64,000 bases of DNA. Source: Amoebidium appalachense. Its lineage: Eukaryota > Protista > Ichthyosporea. Below are positions 1-13,045 of this stretch, one piece after another (the first letter of the stretch is position 1; every line of letters begins with the position of its first letter). The position numbers and the translations under genes are program-made. The stretch spans positions 9,714,334 through 9,778,333 of the forward strand of contig CAVNZM010000005.1 in NCBI GenBank assembly GCA_963693365.1, given 5' to 3'. The notes beneath the pieces were generated by a model. The model worked only from the letters and a program-made list of their open reading frames with translations, did no database searches and was not told where the DNA came from.

Positions 1-248
1 AGAGAGAGAGAGGTAGATAGAGATTGGTTGGCGGGGAGAGAGAGAGGGAGGGGGGGGGGGGGGGAGAGGGCTCGGAGAGCGCATGTGCGCGCGTGTGTGT
101 GTACGTACGTATGTGTGTGTGTGTGGGAAGGAGAACTCGGAGAGGGTGGTGGGGGCTATAGGGCACACGTTCTCTTCTGTGTATCTATGTTCTCTCTGCC
201 AGCATCGAGACTAGAAACTTTAAATTAGTCACGATACTCAGTAGCCCC

Positions 249-324
<76 letters not shown>

Positions 325-576
325 AAAAAAAGAAAACCACTAAACCATCCGGATCAGCTGCAGGCAGGAAAACGAATGATCCGGGATCCTCGAAGCAGGC
401 CTTGTGTAGTAATGCAAGGGGAAGTCATTACTATTCACATAGATAACTCACGAATTTTAAAAAACAGCTGTTAACACGTTTACTCAACCATATATTCAAA
501 CCATCTTGACACGAGTACATTATATAATAGTTTTTTCATCAAGATAACCGTTGGCATTACAAAATGGAGAAGAAAT

Positions 577-1019
577 TTAGCTGTCAGATTCTATTGATTG
601 TTGATTTTGATTTTTGGCATTGAGAAAGTTCCGCAATTTCATTCTCAATGGATCATCCGCCTTAATTTTTCGAGCAAAAAGTTGTGGCACCGCTACTAGC
701 GTATCGAAGTCGTTTACACCGAGCGGACATGGGCTCAATATCGGACGGGGGTTAACGTGTGTCTTGCACGGTAAACGCCAGTCCGTATACATGCACGTAT
801 CTACTATGATCGATGTGTTGAATATGGAATTCTTGGCTACGGAATGAAAGAACACTTCGTCAATAAATGACCCAGTTTTAAGGAATTCATACCATTGGCG
901 AGCTTCGTCTGAATTCAAAAAATACCGAACGAGCTCACGGCCAATCTGAAACCACGAGCTTCCTTTATACATGAGCCGGTGTTCGGGGGTTAGATCCATG
1001 GACGTGCAGGCAGCGTCTG

Positions 1020-1082
<63 letters not shown>

Positions 1083-1094
1083 GTGTGTGCGTGC

Positions 1095-1129
<35 letters not shown>

Positions 1130-1453
1130 TATGTGTGTGTGGGTGTGTGTGTGTGGGTGGGTGGGTGGGTGGGTGGGTCCAGCATACCGGTGCATGAGTG
1201 GGTGGGTTTTCTGGTGTGTGGGTGCATGTGTGTGTGTTCACATCTATTTTCGAACGTGTTTTAGAGCTGTATGTGTACTTGTGTGTGTTCGTGTGTGTGC
1301 GCATGGAGGAGGGGATGGGGAGTTTGGAGGGGGGGAGGGGGGGAGGATGTGTTACACACACAGTACACAATCATTCATGACGGACAAATCAACCCAAAAG
1401 TTGCAGATCACATACAGAGAGTTGGGTTTGGGTTTGGGGTTGGGTGTTTGGTG

Positions 1454-1526
<73 letters not shown>

Positions 1527-1844
1527 GGAGGGGGGGGGGAAGGGGGGAAGGGGAGGGAGGAAGGGAGGGGAGGCGGGGGCGAATGATGAGAGGAATAAAG
1601 CAATATAGAATAATTATCAAGCATAGACTGAAACCAAAGGCAACCTTAAGTTAAAAGTGCGCATCAAACGAGATTTGGAAGAGAAATTGCGCTCAAACGC
1701 AACCAAGGCCATGCACATATGGCAGGGCAGATGCACAGAGGAGCAGAAAGAGCTTAGAGTTAGGTAAGAAATACTCTGATGCAATTCAATAGTAATTACT
1801 TCAATATGAGATCATTACAGCCTGACTGTATGGTCTTTTTTTTT

Positions 1845-1875
<31 letters not shown>

Positions 1876-3028
1876 GTGTGTTTGCGCGCGCACGCGCACA
1901 CGCGCGCGCACCGCGTGTGTGATACACATACTTCAGCACGTATAATAATGCTTGTGTGTGTGTGTGTGTGTGGCAGGGACGGGGGGAAAGAGGGGAAGGG
2001 GAGGGGGGAGGGGAGGGGGTTGGGGGGGGTTTGAATGCGTCAAAAAGTACGAAGTACACAAGAACAAACGGATAACACGATGCAGAATGCAAGCCATACA
2101 TAAAGAGTATGCATAATAAGCAGAGCCCATCCTCAGGGGGGGCCCATGTCATCCACAGTACCCGAGTTTCGACCTATTCACCTCGTTAACGAAACCCAAC
2201 TCAGATACTGTTTCACTTGAACATGGGTAGGTGGGGGGGGGGGGGGGGGGGGGGGGGGATGGACATGTATGCATAATTAGCATCATTAGCACGACTGCTC
2301 ACTCACCTTGCCGAAGTGCGCGTACACACGTCAAATGGGGTTTTGGGGTGGCAGATGGGTAGCGAGGACGAAAATGAAAACACGTGGCCCTTTTGGGATA
2401 TTATCTTTTCCCGTAAATATTGATCGATTTCCCGGTTTGTCTTGATCGGGAAGCTTGCACCACACAGGTTCACTGCCACACCGTAATCCATCCCAGATTC
2501 TTCGGCTCTTTTCAAGGATTTTAGCAACATATCCACCTGAGTTAGTCCCGCCCATTCGACGTTCATTCGTTTAACCATAACGATGTTTGGTTTTTTGCTG
2601 ACTTGTAATGTAAAATTCGCGTATTCCGCATCAAGTATTTTCTTGTCCAAGTGCACAGCAAATATGTGCTTTGGGTGATAGAGCAACTCGATGAGCTCCA
2701 AAACACCCAAAATCGTAGACGTGTCGTGTGCAGACAGCAAATATGCTATTCTTACTGTCGGCTCCCAGTCCGAACTTTCTTGGGTTTTCCGTGTCACCGG
2801 GTCCTCTGCGCTAACATTAAGGCCTCCTAGGTTGCTATATAGGAGGCTTTGGCTCATGTTCAAAATGTTTTGTTGGGAATCTGGACTTAATATCCGCAGC
2901 TGATCAAAGAGGAAAAACGCAGTGCACACGAATATTGCTAGAGTTAAAAGGCGAACAGGCACGCCAGCGCATGCAGTGAATACGCCGAGCTGGCGGGTCC
3001 TTTTTTTCGATTGCTGTGCACGCTCCAT
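577..3028 (-). CDS. Glycosyltransferase family 14 (core-2/I-branching enzyme / xylosyltransferase-like), 2 exons, 389 aa
   Basis: Exons 3028-2307 and 1024-577. Donor AG|GTGAGT, acceptor (CA)nCAG, phase 2 join R|CTDAAC. N-terminal TM anchor; GT14 motifs [53 protein letters not shown]. Confidence 0.9.
2030..2232 (-). mobile_element. Poly-G/C-associated structured repeat, family A (5'-truncated copy) in GT14 intron
   Basis: Near-identical to 57404-57605; G-rich tracts on both flanks. Confidence 0.8.
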
Positions 3029-3240
3029 ATTTATGCTGCGACAGCATGCAGAAGTATAATAATCGAGCTTGATGTACCCCCTGCGGAAAATTCAGAGATG
3101 TGAGAATTTTTTATTTAAAAATTTCCGCCCTATTAGATACTATGATATAATATATTAGTAATTTATGCAACAACCGTGGCAGGTAAGGTGTGCATGCAGC
3201 GGCACGGGTTCGCTGTGTGCACCTGGGCGCGCGCGGGCGC

Positions 3241-3505
<265 letters not shown>

Positions 3506-3767
3506 GTGCACATGTGTGCGATGTGCATGCGTGCGTTACGTATGGATGCATGCACGCACGCACGCGCATGGCTGTGTGGAAGAACTTGCAAATTGAACAT
3601 AAGTAATCAATCTGTAACGTATGGAAAATTGATGATGGATGAGTGCAACCATTATCGGCCCTGATACAGTCGTGAATACACATGTACAACATGGTCAAAC
3701 ACAGACAAGCCGTGACTCACAAACACACGCACATGCACGTGACATGCATGCACATACACGCGCATAT

Positions 3768-3829
<62 letters not shown>

Positions 3830-4769
3830 TCACAGCACGTGCACACATACACACCACTTCCGGTTGTTTATCTCACCAACACACCTTGATTAGGTCAGTG
3901 AGGTCGACGCTACACAGCCCACAACGGTTTCAAACTCTTGCCAAACAAAAATTCCTTTCTTTATTTCGAGTCCACCTATCTCCTATCTACACACACACGC
4001 ACACGCGCACATTCATATAAATATCTCTCTGTGCCTCGAGTATTCAGCGTAAACCCATAAATGTACAAGTTGTTTGTCCCCTTTTTATTTACCTAAAAGT
4101 CTACTGAGGGGCCTGGAACCGGTGCTGAGGCTCAGTGCTTCAGATCTGGCTGTTATGACCTCGGTTGCTACGGCTAATCAATGACATGATCAGCAACCAA
4201 TCATCTGTTACGCTATCGATCGATGGCTCACCAGATTACGTAACAGGTGAAAACGATCCAAAATCCCAGTCGAGCCCTGGGATCCGGATAGACGGAGAGC
4301 GGGGAGAGAGGGACGACGAAAAGAGAGAGGGAGAGGGGTAGGGAAAGGGGAAAGAGAGGAGAGAGAGAGATAGAGGGGGGAGGGCAGGGCCGGCCCGGGG
4401 GCCGGGGGGGGGGAGGGGGAGGGGGAAGTTCTCGAGCTGGGTGGGTGGGTGGGTGGGTGGGTGGGTGGGGGAGGGGGAGGGGGAGGGAGGGGATGGAGAT
4501 CTAGAGGAAAAGCCTGAAAGAGAGGGGGGGGGGGGGGGGTTGGAGAGGGGGGTGAGGGGGGAGGGGAGAAGGGGAAGCGACTCAGAGCTGGAGAGAGAAA
4601 AGACAGAGAGAGAGCTAGGGAGAGGAGAAAGAGAGAGAGAGAGAGAGAGCACACACATACACAGACAGAGAGAGAGAAAGAGAGAGAGAGTACACACTCA
4701 CACACACACGCACACACGCACACACACACACACACGCACACATAGAGAGATAGAGAGATAGAGAGACAG

Positions 4770-5099
4770 AGCTAGAGAGAGAGAGCACACACAGAGAGAG
4801 ATAGAGAGAAGGTGAGAGAGAGAGAGGAGAGAGAAGGGAGAGAGAGAGAGAGAGAGAGAAAGGGAGGGAAGAAGGGAGCGAGAGAGGGAGGGAGGGAGGG
4901 AGGGAGAAAGGGAGGGAAGAAGGGAGCGAGCGAGCGAGGGAGGGAGGGAGGGAGGGAGGGAGGGAGGGAGGGAGGGAGGGAGGAAGGGAGGGAGGGAGGG
5001 AGGGAGGGAGGGAGGGAGGGAGGGAGGGAGGGAGGGAGGGAGGGAGGGAGGGAGGGAGGGAGGGAGGGAGGGGAGGGGGGGGGGGGGGGGGGGAGAGAG

Positions 5100-5135
<36 letters not shown>

Positions 5136-5160
5136 CAGAGAGAGAGAGGGGGGAGAGAGA
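4770..5160. repeat. (GA)n/(GGGA)n purine tract
   Basis: Directly visible. Confidence 0.9.
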
Positions 5161-5279
5161 TATACACTGCTGGCAGCTAGAAGATAGATATATTTATATC
5201 TCCAAAGAGAGAGGGAGTGAGAGAAGCAGAACCAATCGATAATATAATATTCAAATAGACATACATTCCTTATTTGCCA

Positions 5280-6040
5280 TCACTGATAATTAATAGTACT
5301 AGTGGACACCCACCTCTCAAATAGATGACCGGTGTTACAGTCAAATGTAACATTCCGCACCTTGCGCGAGGGTGAGACGTATTCTTTTAACCACCGGTCG
5401 CTGTAGATGTGATCGCCAGTGACATAGGTGTCAAATTCCCGACAAAATTCCCCATCACGAACGGCACTGACAAGCTGTACATACATATCGATCGGCTGTT
5501 GTACTCCTGCTGAGTTTTGTTGGTACGAAGAACAGGGAAGGCTGGGCTGGTTGTGGACGTTCGCTCTAGCTCCAAGTGCAGGGTTTCGCCCATGAAACGA
5601 AACGTCACATTCCCATTGTTCATGTCAACTGGGTAGTAGTGACGACCCATCTCCTCGGACCAGACACGAACCCGCCCTGTATAGATATTAATATTAGCTG
5701 CGGCATGATTCCGGTGGCTAGCGCTGTACATGTGTGTATTGATTGCATACCATGATGCGACGATGCGAAACCGCTCGGCTTGCCTGTGTACCCCAAAAAC
5801 CTGCCGGATATCCCACTCCCACGTGGTCTGCAGGCGTTCACGGATGACTTAAAAAGAAATACACGATTTTTACAGCGTACATTCCTCTGAGCAAAGTGAA
5901 ATATTCGCGCCCGTTGCCTAATACACCCATGGTGCGCCCTCCCAACGGCCCACTGGGCGAAAAAATAACCAGGAACGTGGCTTTGTAGTGTCGTTAGCTT
6001 TGGGTAGTGTTGCTCTGTTGTGCATGAAAAGTTCATGTCA
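5280..6040 (-). CDS. Putative protein-coding region of unknown function (short intron and one frame break)
   Basis: Non-repetitive open frames (TTWEWDIRQVFGVHRQAERFRIVASWY...; VQLVSAVRDGEFCREFDTY...). Candidate intron GTACGC...CTGCAG at ~5880-5828. No recognisable domain. Confidence 0.3.
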
Positions 6041-6095
6041 TGTGGTCTGCGAACGTTGAAGATTGAAACACGGGCTACCATACAATACAGAGCAT

Positions 6096-6208
6096 ATGAC
6101 GTCATCGTTTCCGCAAAAACGACGACGTCACCGTTTCCGCGCAAACGATGACGTCACTGTTTCCGCGGCAACAGGACTAGTTGTGACGTCACCATTTCCG
6201 CGGAAACA

Positions 6209-6210
<2 letters not shown>
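6096..6210. promoter_or_regulatory. Four tandem modules of TGACGTCA (CRE-like) + TTTCCGC
   Basis: Repeated (T/C)GACGTCA-N2-3-TTTCCGC units upstream of the minus-strand ORF at 5280-6040. Confidence 0.45.
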
Positions 6211-6291
<81 letters not shown>

Positions 6292-6570
6292 AGCATGTGA
6301 GTCGTTTTTCAGGTGCTGAGTATACTGCTCTTTAATTCCTGTGTCTGTTAATATTGTGAGAAATATTATGGTAATGCATCTTTGGCGGTTAAGACGGTGA
6401 GATCTGTGAACACGTGAACCGTTGTTCCTTAAGCTGTTCCTCAAAATCCATACAGGCTTATTTACTCTGTATATTCAACAACTCCAAGTCATGGAACGAG
6501 ATGTAGGGGGTCATTCTGAAATAAATAGCACCCGCAACTGCCTGTATTTATCTCCAACTACGTCTAAAAC

Positions 6571-6623
<53 letters not shown>

Positions 6624-6821
6624 AAAAAAAAAAAAAAAGAAAGGAAAAAAAAAAAAAAGAATTAAAAATAAATAAAGGAAAATAAAAACCAAAAACCGGT
6701 TACTATTTGATCATAAAACGTGGGCCCACCTGGATATCCTAATATCTCTGGATTTGTCATTCTGTAAACTTCGGCACGTGTTTGCTGTGTGGATGTATGT
6801 TAATTGGGCACTTGCGAGCAT

Positions 6822-6892
<71 letters not shown>

Positions 6893-6941
6893 ATGCATGT
6901 GTGTGTGTGTGTGTGCGTGTGCGTGTGTGTATGCGTTAGCG

Positions 6942-7039
<98 letters not shown>

Positions 7040-7322
7040 TCTGTGTCTGTGTGTGTACAGCCCGCAAAGAGGTCCCTTAATGTTAGTAATCTCATCATGT
7101 TCCATCCCCCCCCCCCCCCCCCCCCCCTCCTGCCCCCTTCCCTTATCCCTTCCCCATGCCACAGCCAGAACGTAAACGCGGAGGTACCCCTAGCGTGATT
7201 ATAGAAGTCATTCACCCCTACATTAATCCTCAGCACACAGTCCTTTTCGTTTCCCCCCCCCCCCCCCCCCCCCCCCCCTTCTTCTATGTGCAGGCAAATG
7301 CACATGACACACACACACACGT

Positions 7323-7367
<45 letters not shown>

Positions 7368-7391
7368 GAGGACGGGGGGGGGGGGGGGTTC

Positions 7392-7489
7392 CAGGAAAAT
7401 CACGTATCCAACATATAGGCGGGTTACGTGATTTTCCTGAACGGGGGCTTTAGGGGGAGTACGAATTTCCTGGACACGTGATTTTCCTG
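7392..7489. repeat. Inverted repeat CAGGAAAATCACGTA / TACGTGATTTTCCTG with a third arm copy; probable MITE remnant
   Basis: 15-bp perfect inverted pair plus a further CACGTGATTTTCCTG, inside G tracts. Confidence 0.55.
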
Positions 7490-7594
7490 CAACAGGGGGG
7501 GGGGGGGGGGAGGGGGGGCACAAATTCTCAGTCTGTTCACCAAGCAACAAGTTAAACAATTTTATGGTTTAGGGCTGAACTTAAATTCATCCCC

Positions 7595-7628
<34 letters not shown>

Positions 7629-8421
7629 TCTGGATTCCCCACCCAACCACCCGACACACACACACACACCATCACCACCACCAAAAGAAAAGACCCAAAC
7701 AGACCTGCCGGCAAAGAGTCTAAAGTTTAATAAATGCTTTGAAAGAAGTCGATACAAAGAGTCTGACCCTGGGAAGAAGAAACCCTGATTATTTAAACAC
7801 ATCGACAACTCCGAAGAAACTCAATAGTAAAATCAGTAGATGGTTACTGAGCCTTCTATTAACAAGATGTTATTGCCAATCTACAAGACACGAAGCACCA
7901 TGCTACTAGTATCTTTGTTGCATAAAAATTATCCGCTGGGATCACTGAATAAAGCAGAATCCAATTTGGCTTCATTAAGTCATCCAGTGCTTTAATATTA
8001 CCCAAATACAAACCACCCTGCCTTTGCATGATTAGTTTCTTTGTTGCATGTAGGGTTACCTCTGGCACCACAAATACGAAATACCATTTTTGATTTTCTT
8101 GAGTCACACAATCCTCTATCCCAACGCTGATAAATTCCGCTGCCAAACACACAGCACTATAGGGCTTAAAAACCCCGGTAGCATCAAATGCAACATGCAT
8201 ACCGGCAGTTACATAATACTGCAAGGCCGTAAGATTTGAAAGTACTAAAAAGATATTAATAATATTATCATTGTAGTACCATGAAAAAATACTATGAAAT
8301 CAACATATAGCGTCTAATAAGACTACTAATCCAAACACATCTTAATGTCCTTCATATCAAACACCAGCATTCACAACCCCGTGCCCCAATCAGAATCGAG
8401 GGAGAGTTCAACAATTGCATT

Positions 8422-8855
8422 CTATTGGCCGCTGGCTTGATTTTTGCTTTCGAGATACTGCCGCAACTTCACCCTCAAGGGGTCGTCCGACTTGATTATG
8501 CGAGCAAAAAGTTGTGGCACAACTATTAACGAATCGAAGTCGTTTATGCCAAGAGGACATGGGCTCGATACAGGGCGGGGGTTAACATGTGTCTTGCACG
8601 GTAAACGCCAGTCCGTATACATGCACATTTCTACTACGATCGATGTGTTGAATATGGAATTCTTGGCTACGGGAATGAAAGAAGATTTCGTCGACGTATC
8701 TCCCGGGTTTAAGGAATTCATACCATTGGCGGGCTTCGTCTGACTTTAAAAAATATTGAACGAGTTCTCGGCCAATCTGCAACCACGTGCTTCCTTTATA
8801 CATGAGCCGGTGTTCGGGGGTTAGATCCATGGACGTGCAGTTAGCATCCGTGCAC
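8422..8855 (-). pseudogene. Duplicate of GT14 last exon; one frameshift and no upstream exon found
   Basis: Highly similar to 577-1024 with the same (CA)n acceptor context (TAG). One extra base at GGG 8671-8673 versus GG in the paralog. No exon-1 homolog seen upstream (to ~13 kb). Confidence 0.7.
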
Positions 8856-8967
<112 letters not shown>

Positions 8968-9298
8968 AGGTACTAGTGTGTGGTTGCATGTGTGCGTGCG
9001 GGCCGAACTGCTTTAAACGCTCAACTCCTACGTATATATATGCATAGATACAGAAACCTATAGAGCCTCACGGACTGATAGAGGTGCACCGTGACCCATG
9101 ACTGAAATGACACACAAGTTGGCCCGCGCGCGTTTGTACGTATGCGTGTGCGTGTGCGTGACGGTGTGTGCAAGTTCGCAAGTGTGCGGGTGTGTGCCTG
9201 TGTGTGTCCGGGTCCGGGAGGCTAGATAAGTACGTGTTCGTGTGTGTCCCCAACGGTGTATGTGTGCGTGTCACCCAGTGCTTTCGTGTGAGTTTGTG

Positions 9299-9300
<2 letters not shown>

Positions 9301-9360
<60 letters not shown>
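9301..9360. repeat. (AT)n microsatellite
   Basis: Directly visible. Confidence 0.95.
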
Positions 9361-9362
<2 letters not shown>

Positions 9363-9455
9363 GCAGGTGTGCGGGGGTTATGCCTTTGTGTGCGTGCTCA
9401 CTACTATTATTCGACGTGATGCTGTGTGTGTGACACCGTGTCGCATTGTGTGTGT

Positions 9456-9493
<38 letters not shown>

Positions 9494-9962
9494 TTGTGCG
9501 CACACGTGTGGGTGTGTGTGTGTGTGCGTGTGTGTGTGTGTGCGTACGTGTGTGTGTGTGTCTGTGTGTGTGTGTGTGTGTTTGCACGTATATGTGACAC
9601 TGTGTTTCCTGAAGGCATGGGAATGCTCTTGTGCGCGTCTCCCATAGCGGGTTTGGGTTTGACGGAGCATGCCACGACGGCCATTTCAGGCCATTTCCCC
9701 AGTTCACTTCAGATAGCACAACAAAAAGTCTTGACACAAGACAATCGGGCAGCACACAAAACTTCTGCTGCTACCAAACAAAAAAAACACAACAACGCAT
9801 AATGATGCCACACAGCAAACACTAACCGTCTTCCCCTCAGCCCAAGAAACTTCAACCAGAAAGTTTTGAACACAACACACGTCCGTGCACACTTGCGTGG
9901 GGAGGCCCCCTGACAACCATCGGATAAAACCGAGTGATCATCCTGGGCAGTCTGTGTCAATT

Positions 9963-10047
9963 CTAACACGTACTGACGTGTTGCCGCACGTGCGACGTTA
10001 TACATCTACTCAGGCGTGCGACGTTATACATCTACCCCTTTTAAGTA

Positions 10048-10086
<39 letters not shown>

Positions 10087-10110
10087 AGACACCGCCTCAG
10101 TAGGTGGTAG
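9963..10110. mobile_element. Hairpin-ended mini-element, copy 1 (9-bp TSD)
   Basis: Ends CTAACACGTACTGACGTGTTG...CACCGCCTCAGTAGGTGGTAG; flanks GTGTCAATT/GTGTAAATT; internal poly-A. Confidence 0.85.
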
Positions 10111-10559
10111 GTGTAAATTGGTGTTTTATTTGAGTCAAGCACTGGAGTAGTGGGAGCACTGAACATATGAGATAGTAGAAATGATATTTTCTTCTTTTTT
10201 TTTTCTTGGTGATTATACCGAGCGACTATCATGGGCAGTCTATGTGATTTGGTGCTTTACTTGGAGTAGCCTAGTGGAAGCACTGAGTATATGAGATAGT
10301 TGAATGATGTATCTTTTTTTTGGGTTCATCCTTCTGTATCATGTGTTGTGTTCATGTGCTGTTGTGTTACAAGCTTAGGGAAGATGCGAACCCGGGTACC
10401 AAAAATCACTAATGGAACCAGTAGTGGAACCACCACCCCCAATGATTATACGAATGTCCCTCATTACCTGTGAGTATATAAGCTACCATATGTCCTGTGA
10501 AAAATAAATCTCACAAATGTTTCAAGAACTAAAGCCTTCGGAACCCCCGAGTCCCAGCC

Positions 10560-10621
10560 CTAACACATACTGACGTGTTGGCGCACGTGCGACGTTATAC
10601 ATCTACTCAGGCGGCCCTTTT

Positions 10622-10673
<52 letters not shown>

Positions 10674-10701
10674 AAGGAGACACCGCCTCAGTAGGTGGTA
10701 G
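10560..10701. mobile_element. Hairpin-ended mini-element, copy 2 (9-bp TSD)
   Basis: Same ends (one substitution in the left stem); perfect TSD GTCCCAGCC at 10551-10559 and 10702-10710. Confidence 0.9.
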
Positions 10702-11217
10702 GTCCCAGCCATGGCCCTCTGAAAAAAGGCAAATGTGACTGAGCGGCGCTGCCGGTGGCACTCAGTGGCTCACACCTTCCTAAATAGGCAAGAGCCCAGG
10801 TATTCCATGAAAAAACACTTGCACGATTTTATAATTTGACCACTACGTAATGTTGCAAAATCGGCTTGTAATTGGCTAGATAGCATGAAGTTATAAACGA
10901 GCTTCGCCTGATTGGTTCAAAATCCCAACATAAAGTTAAATTGAATGATGATTGGCTGTTAGCCACTGTGGTGTTCTTACCCAATCAAGTGAGCCCTGGG
11001 CTCTACCGCCTTCCATAAGAAGGCAACAGTCACCCCATTCACTTCAGTCACGAATACAGCACTGAACACTTGTGGGAGGATTTTTCCTTCTCTACGTCAC
11101 CAAGAGTGAAACGAGAAAAGATAATTCCTATTCTCTGTAGTTTACAAAATAGTTTCATATTTATTCTGCTTCCTATTTTCTCTACCTACCCCTTTCTTAA
11201 AAAAACCAAAGAGCAAG

Positions 11218-12100
11218 ATGGATCCTGCTTCTGTTGCTGCCGTTGTCGGTGAGGTTGATGTTGATGACTTGGAGCTCAACGATGCCCTCGACGCTTTCTA
11301 TGAAGAGATGGAGCGCGAGGAGGAGGAGTTCGATTTTGAGGGAGAGATGTTTATCTCAGAGACAGACAAGCACCTGGAAAGATGCATCGTTGGCTTCGTA
11401 GACCCCGTTGGCACGCTCGAGAATCCAGACTCCGATGTCAGCCTATGAGCGAAGGCGCGACCTTTTGAGATGAAACAGCAGTTTTAGGCACGGCACAAAA
11501 CGTTTGAATGTTATTGTTACGAAAACAAAGAAAATAAGAAACTACGAATCGCCAGTGGATCGATAACAATGCACAGCCTGAACGGATATCTTTGCCTCGA
11601 AGCGCAGTGCATGTTGACTTGCACCCACCAGCGCTACCTTTTCCTGTTGTCGTGGAATCTCCTTGCTGAGAGCGTTTTAAAATATTGCACGCCCCGCCGT
11701 GTATGAATATACCAAATTTACAAAAAAAGAACGTAGAATGCTTGAGACGCATAGGTGTATTGTTTTCTAGGGATTGGGTGCACGTTGTTATCGTGCCCTT
11801 CCAAGTATATTGTAGTGAATGGTTTCGTTAAACGTGTGTCGGGCACCATTGTGCGAGCCTGTGTCTTGCCTGTGAATCTTCTGATCATAGCTTGCTCAGC
11901 TGGCTATGGTTGCCATGGCTGAGCCGTTGCGCTGTTTCGAATAAAATGCCTGAACGATTGAAAAAACACACGATCAGTTCAGTTTGGTTAGCAGGCTGGT
12001 GTTTGTTGGCACCTGAACATGAGCTCTACCAGGCTTTGAGGCAATTGCTCGTCTGGTGTATTCAGTAAAGGGTAGTTTTAAAACCGTGAACACAACTGTA
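11218..12100 (+). pseudogene. Degenerate Cys/His-rich coding remnant, possibly KDZ-transposon CxC-type region
   Basis: Acidic 76-aa ORF followed by frame-broken fragments GYLCLE..AVHVD..THQRYLF, IVVNGFVKRV, CLACESSDHSLL..AVS. The family resemblance is from memory only. Microsatellite-free segment. Confidence 0.3.
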
Positions 12101-12179
12101 GTCAGGGGGCAGTAGTGCAGCTGGTTCTCCGTGCGTAAACCTTTCTTACTGAGCGACCTTTGTTATTATGCTTGATCGA

Positions 12180-13045
12180 ATGATTACACAGAACTGCAAT
12201 TTGGGCTCACCATTTGTGCTTGTACATGTGTATGTATAATAGCGCCGAACATACAAAATGATTCCACAGAACTGCAATTTGGGCTCACCATTTGTGCTTG
12301 TACATATGTGTAATAGCGCCGAACATACAAACTGGGTTAAGGAAGTACTTAGGGTATACGTAGGCAACAGAGGAAGTACTTAGGGTATACGTAGGCACAT
12401 GTACTTGGCAAACGGCAGCACAGACTGTGGCTTAACTTGGTAATTGCATAATAGTCGTCCATATATACGGCGGCTAGCGATAGGGCACGGTCAGGATCGA
12501 CGTGCATGCATGCCTGTACTCATCGAACCACACCAGGCAAATTGCCATGCTTGACTGGACGTCCGGACATCAAAACACACCAGGCAAATTGCCTTGCTTG
12601 AATGGACGTCCGGACATCAATCCAGAAGGGCACATGTGACTCATGTTTTATGTAAGATCTATATCTAGACCACCACCGACAGAGAATCTAATCTGGACCA
12701 GGGAAGGGTCAACGACTTTGTGATAACATTCAAACATATCTCGGTCCAGCCGAGCTTCGCCTCCATTGACAGATCACAAATACATGTGCACATTAGCGAT
12801 CACCCCATATAACAACTGAACACTATGCATCATAAGATCTATCATAAGATCCTTCAACGTTCATATCAGGTAGAATATTTAGATATCGATGGGCTGTAGA
12901 CATATTGATCACTGCTCCCTCCATGTACATGCCATATTGAAAACATGCCTATTCAGACTCTATAATTAACTACACGAATACAACGCACGGATACACAAAT
13001 ACAACGCACGAACACACGAATACAACGCACGAATACACGAATATA
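12180..13045. repeat. Cluster of short tandem duplications (~78 bp x2, ~31 bp x2, ~48 bp x2, ~21 bp x3-4)
   Basis: For example CACAGAACTGCAATTTGGGCTCACC x2, GGAAGTACTTAGGGTATACGTAGGCA x2, ACACCAGGCAAATTGCC..GGACATCAA x2, AATACAACGCACG x3. Confidence 0.85.

Noticed and set aside
9963-10110. Helitron or poly-A SINE identity for the mini-element
   Set aside because: Helitrons make no TSD. The poly-A is internal, followed by a constant ~26-nt end, and the TSD is 9 bp in all three copies.
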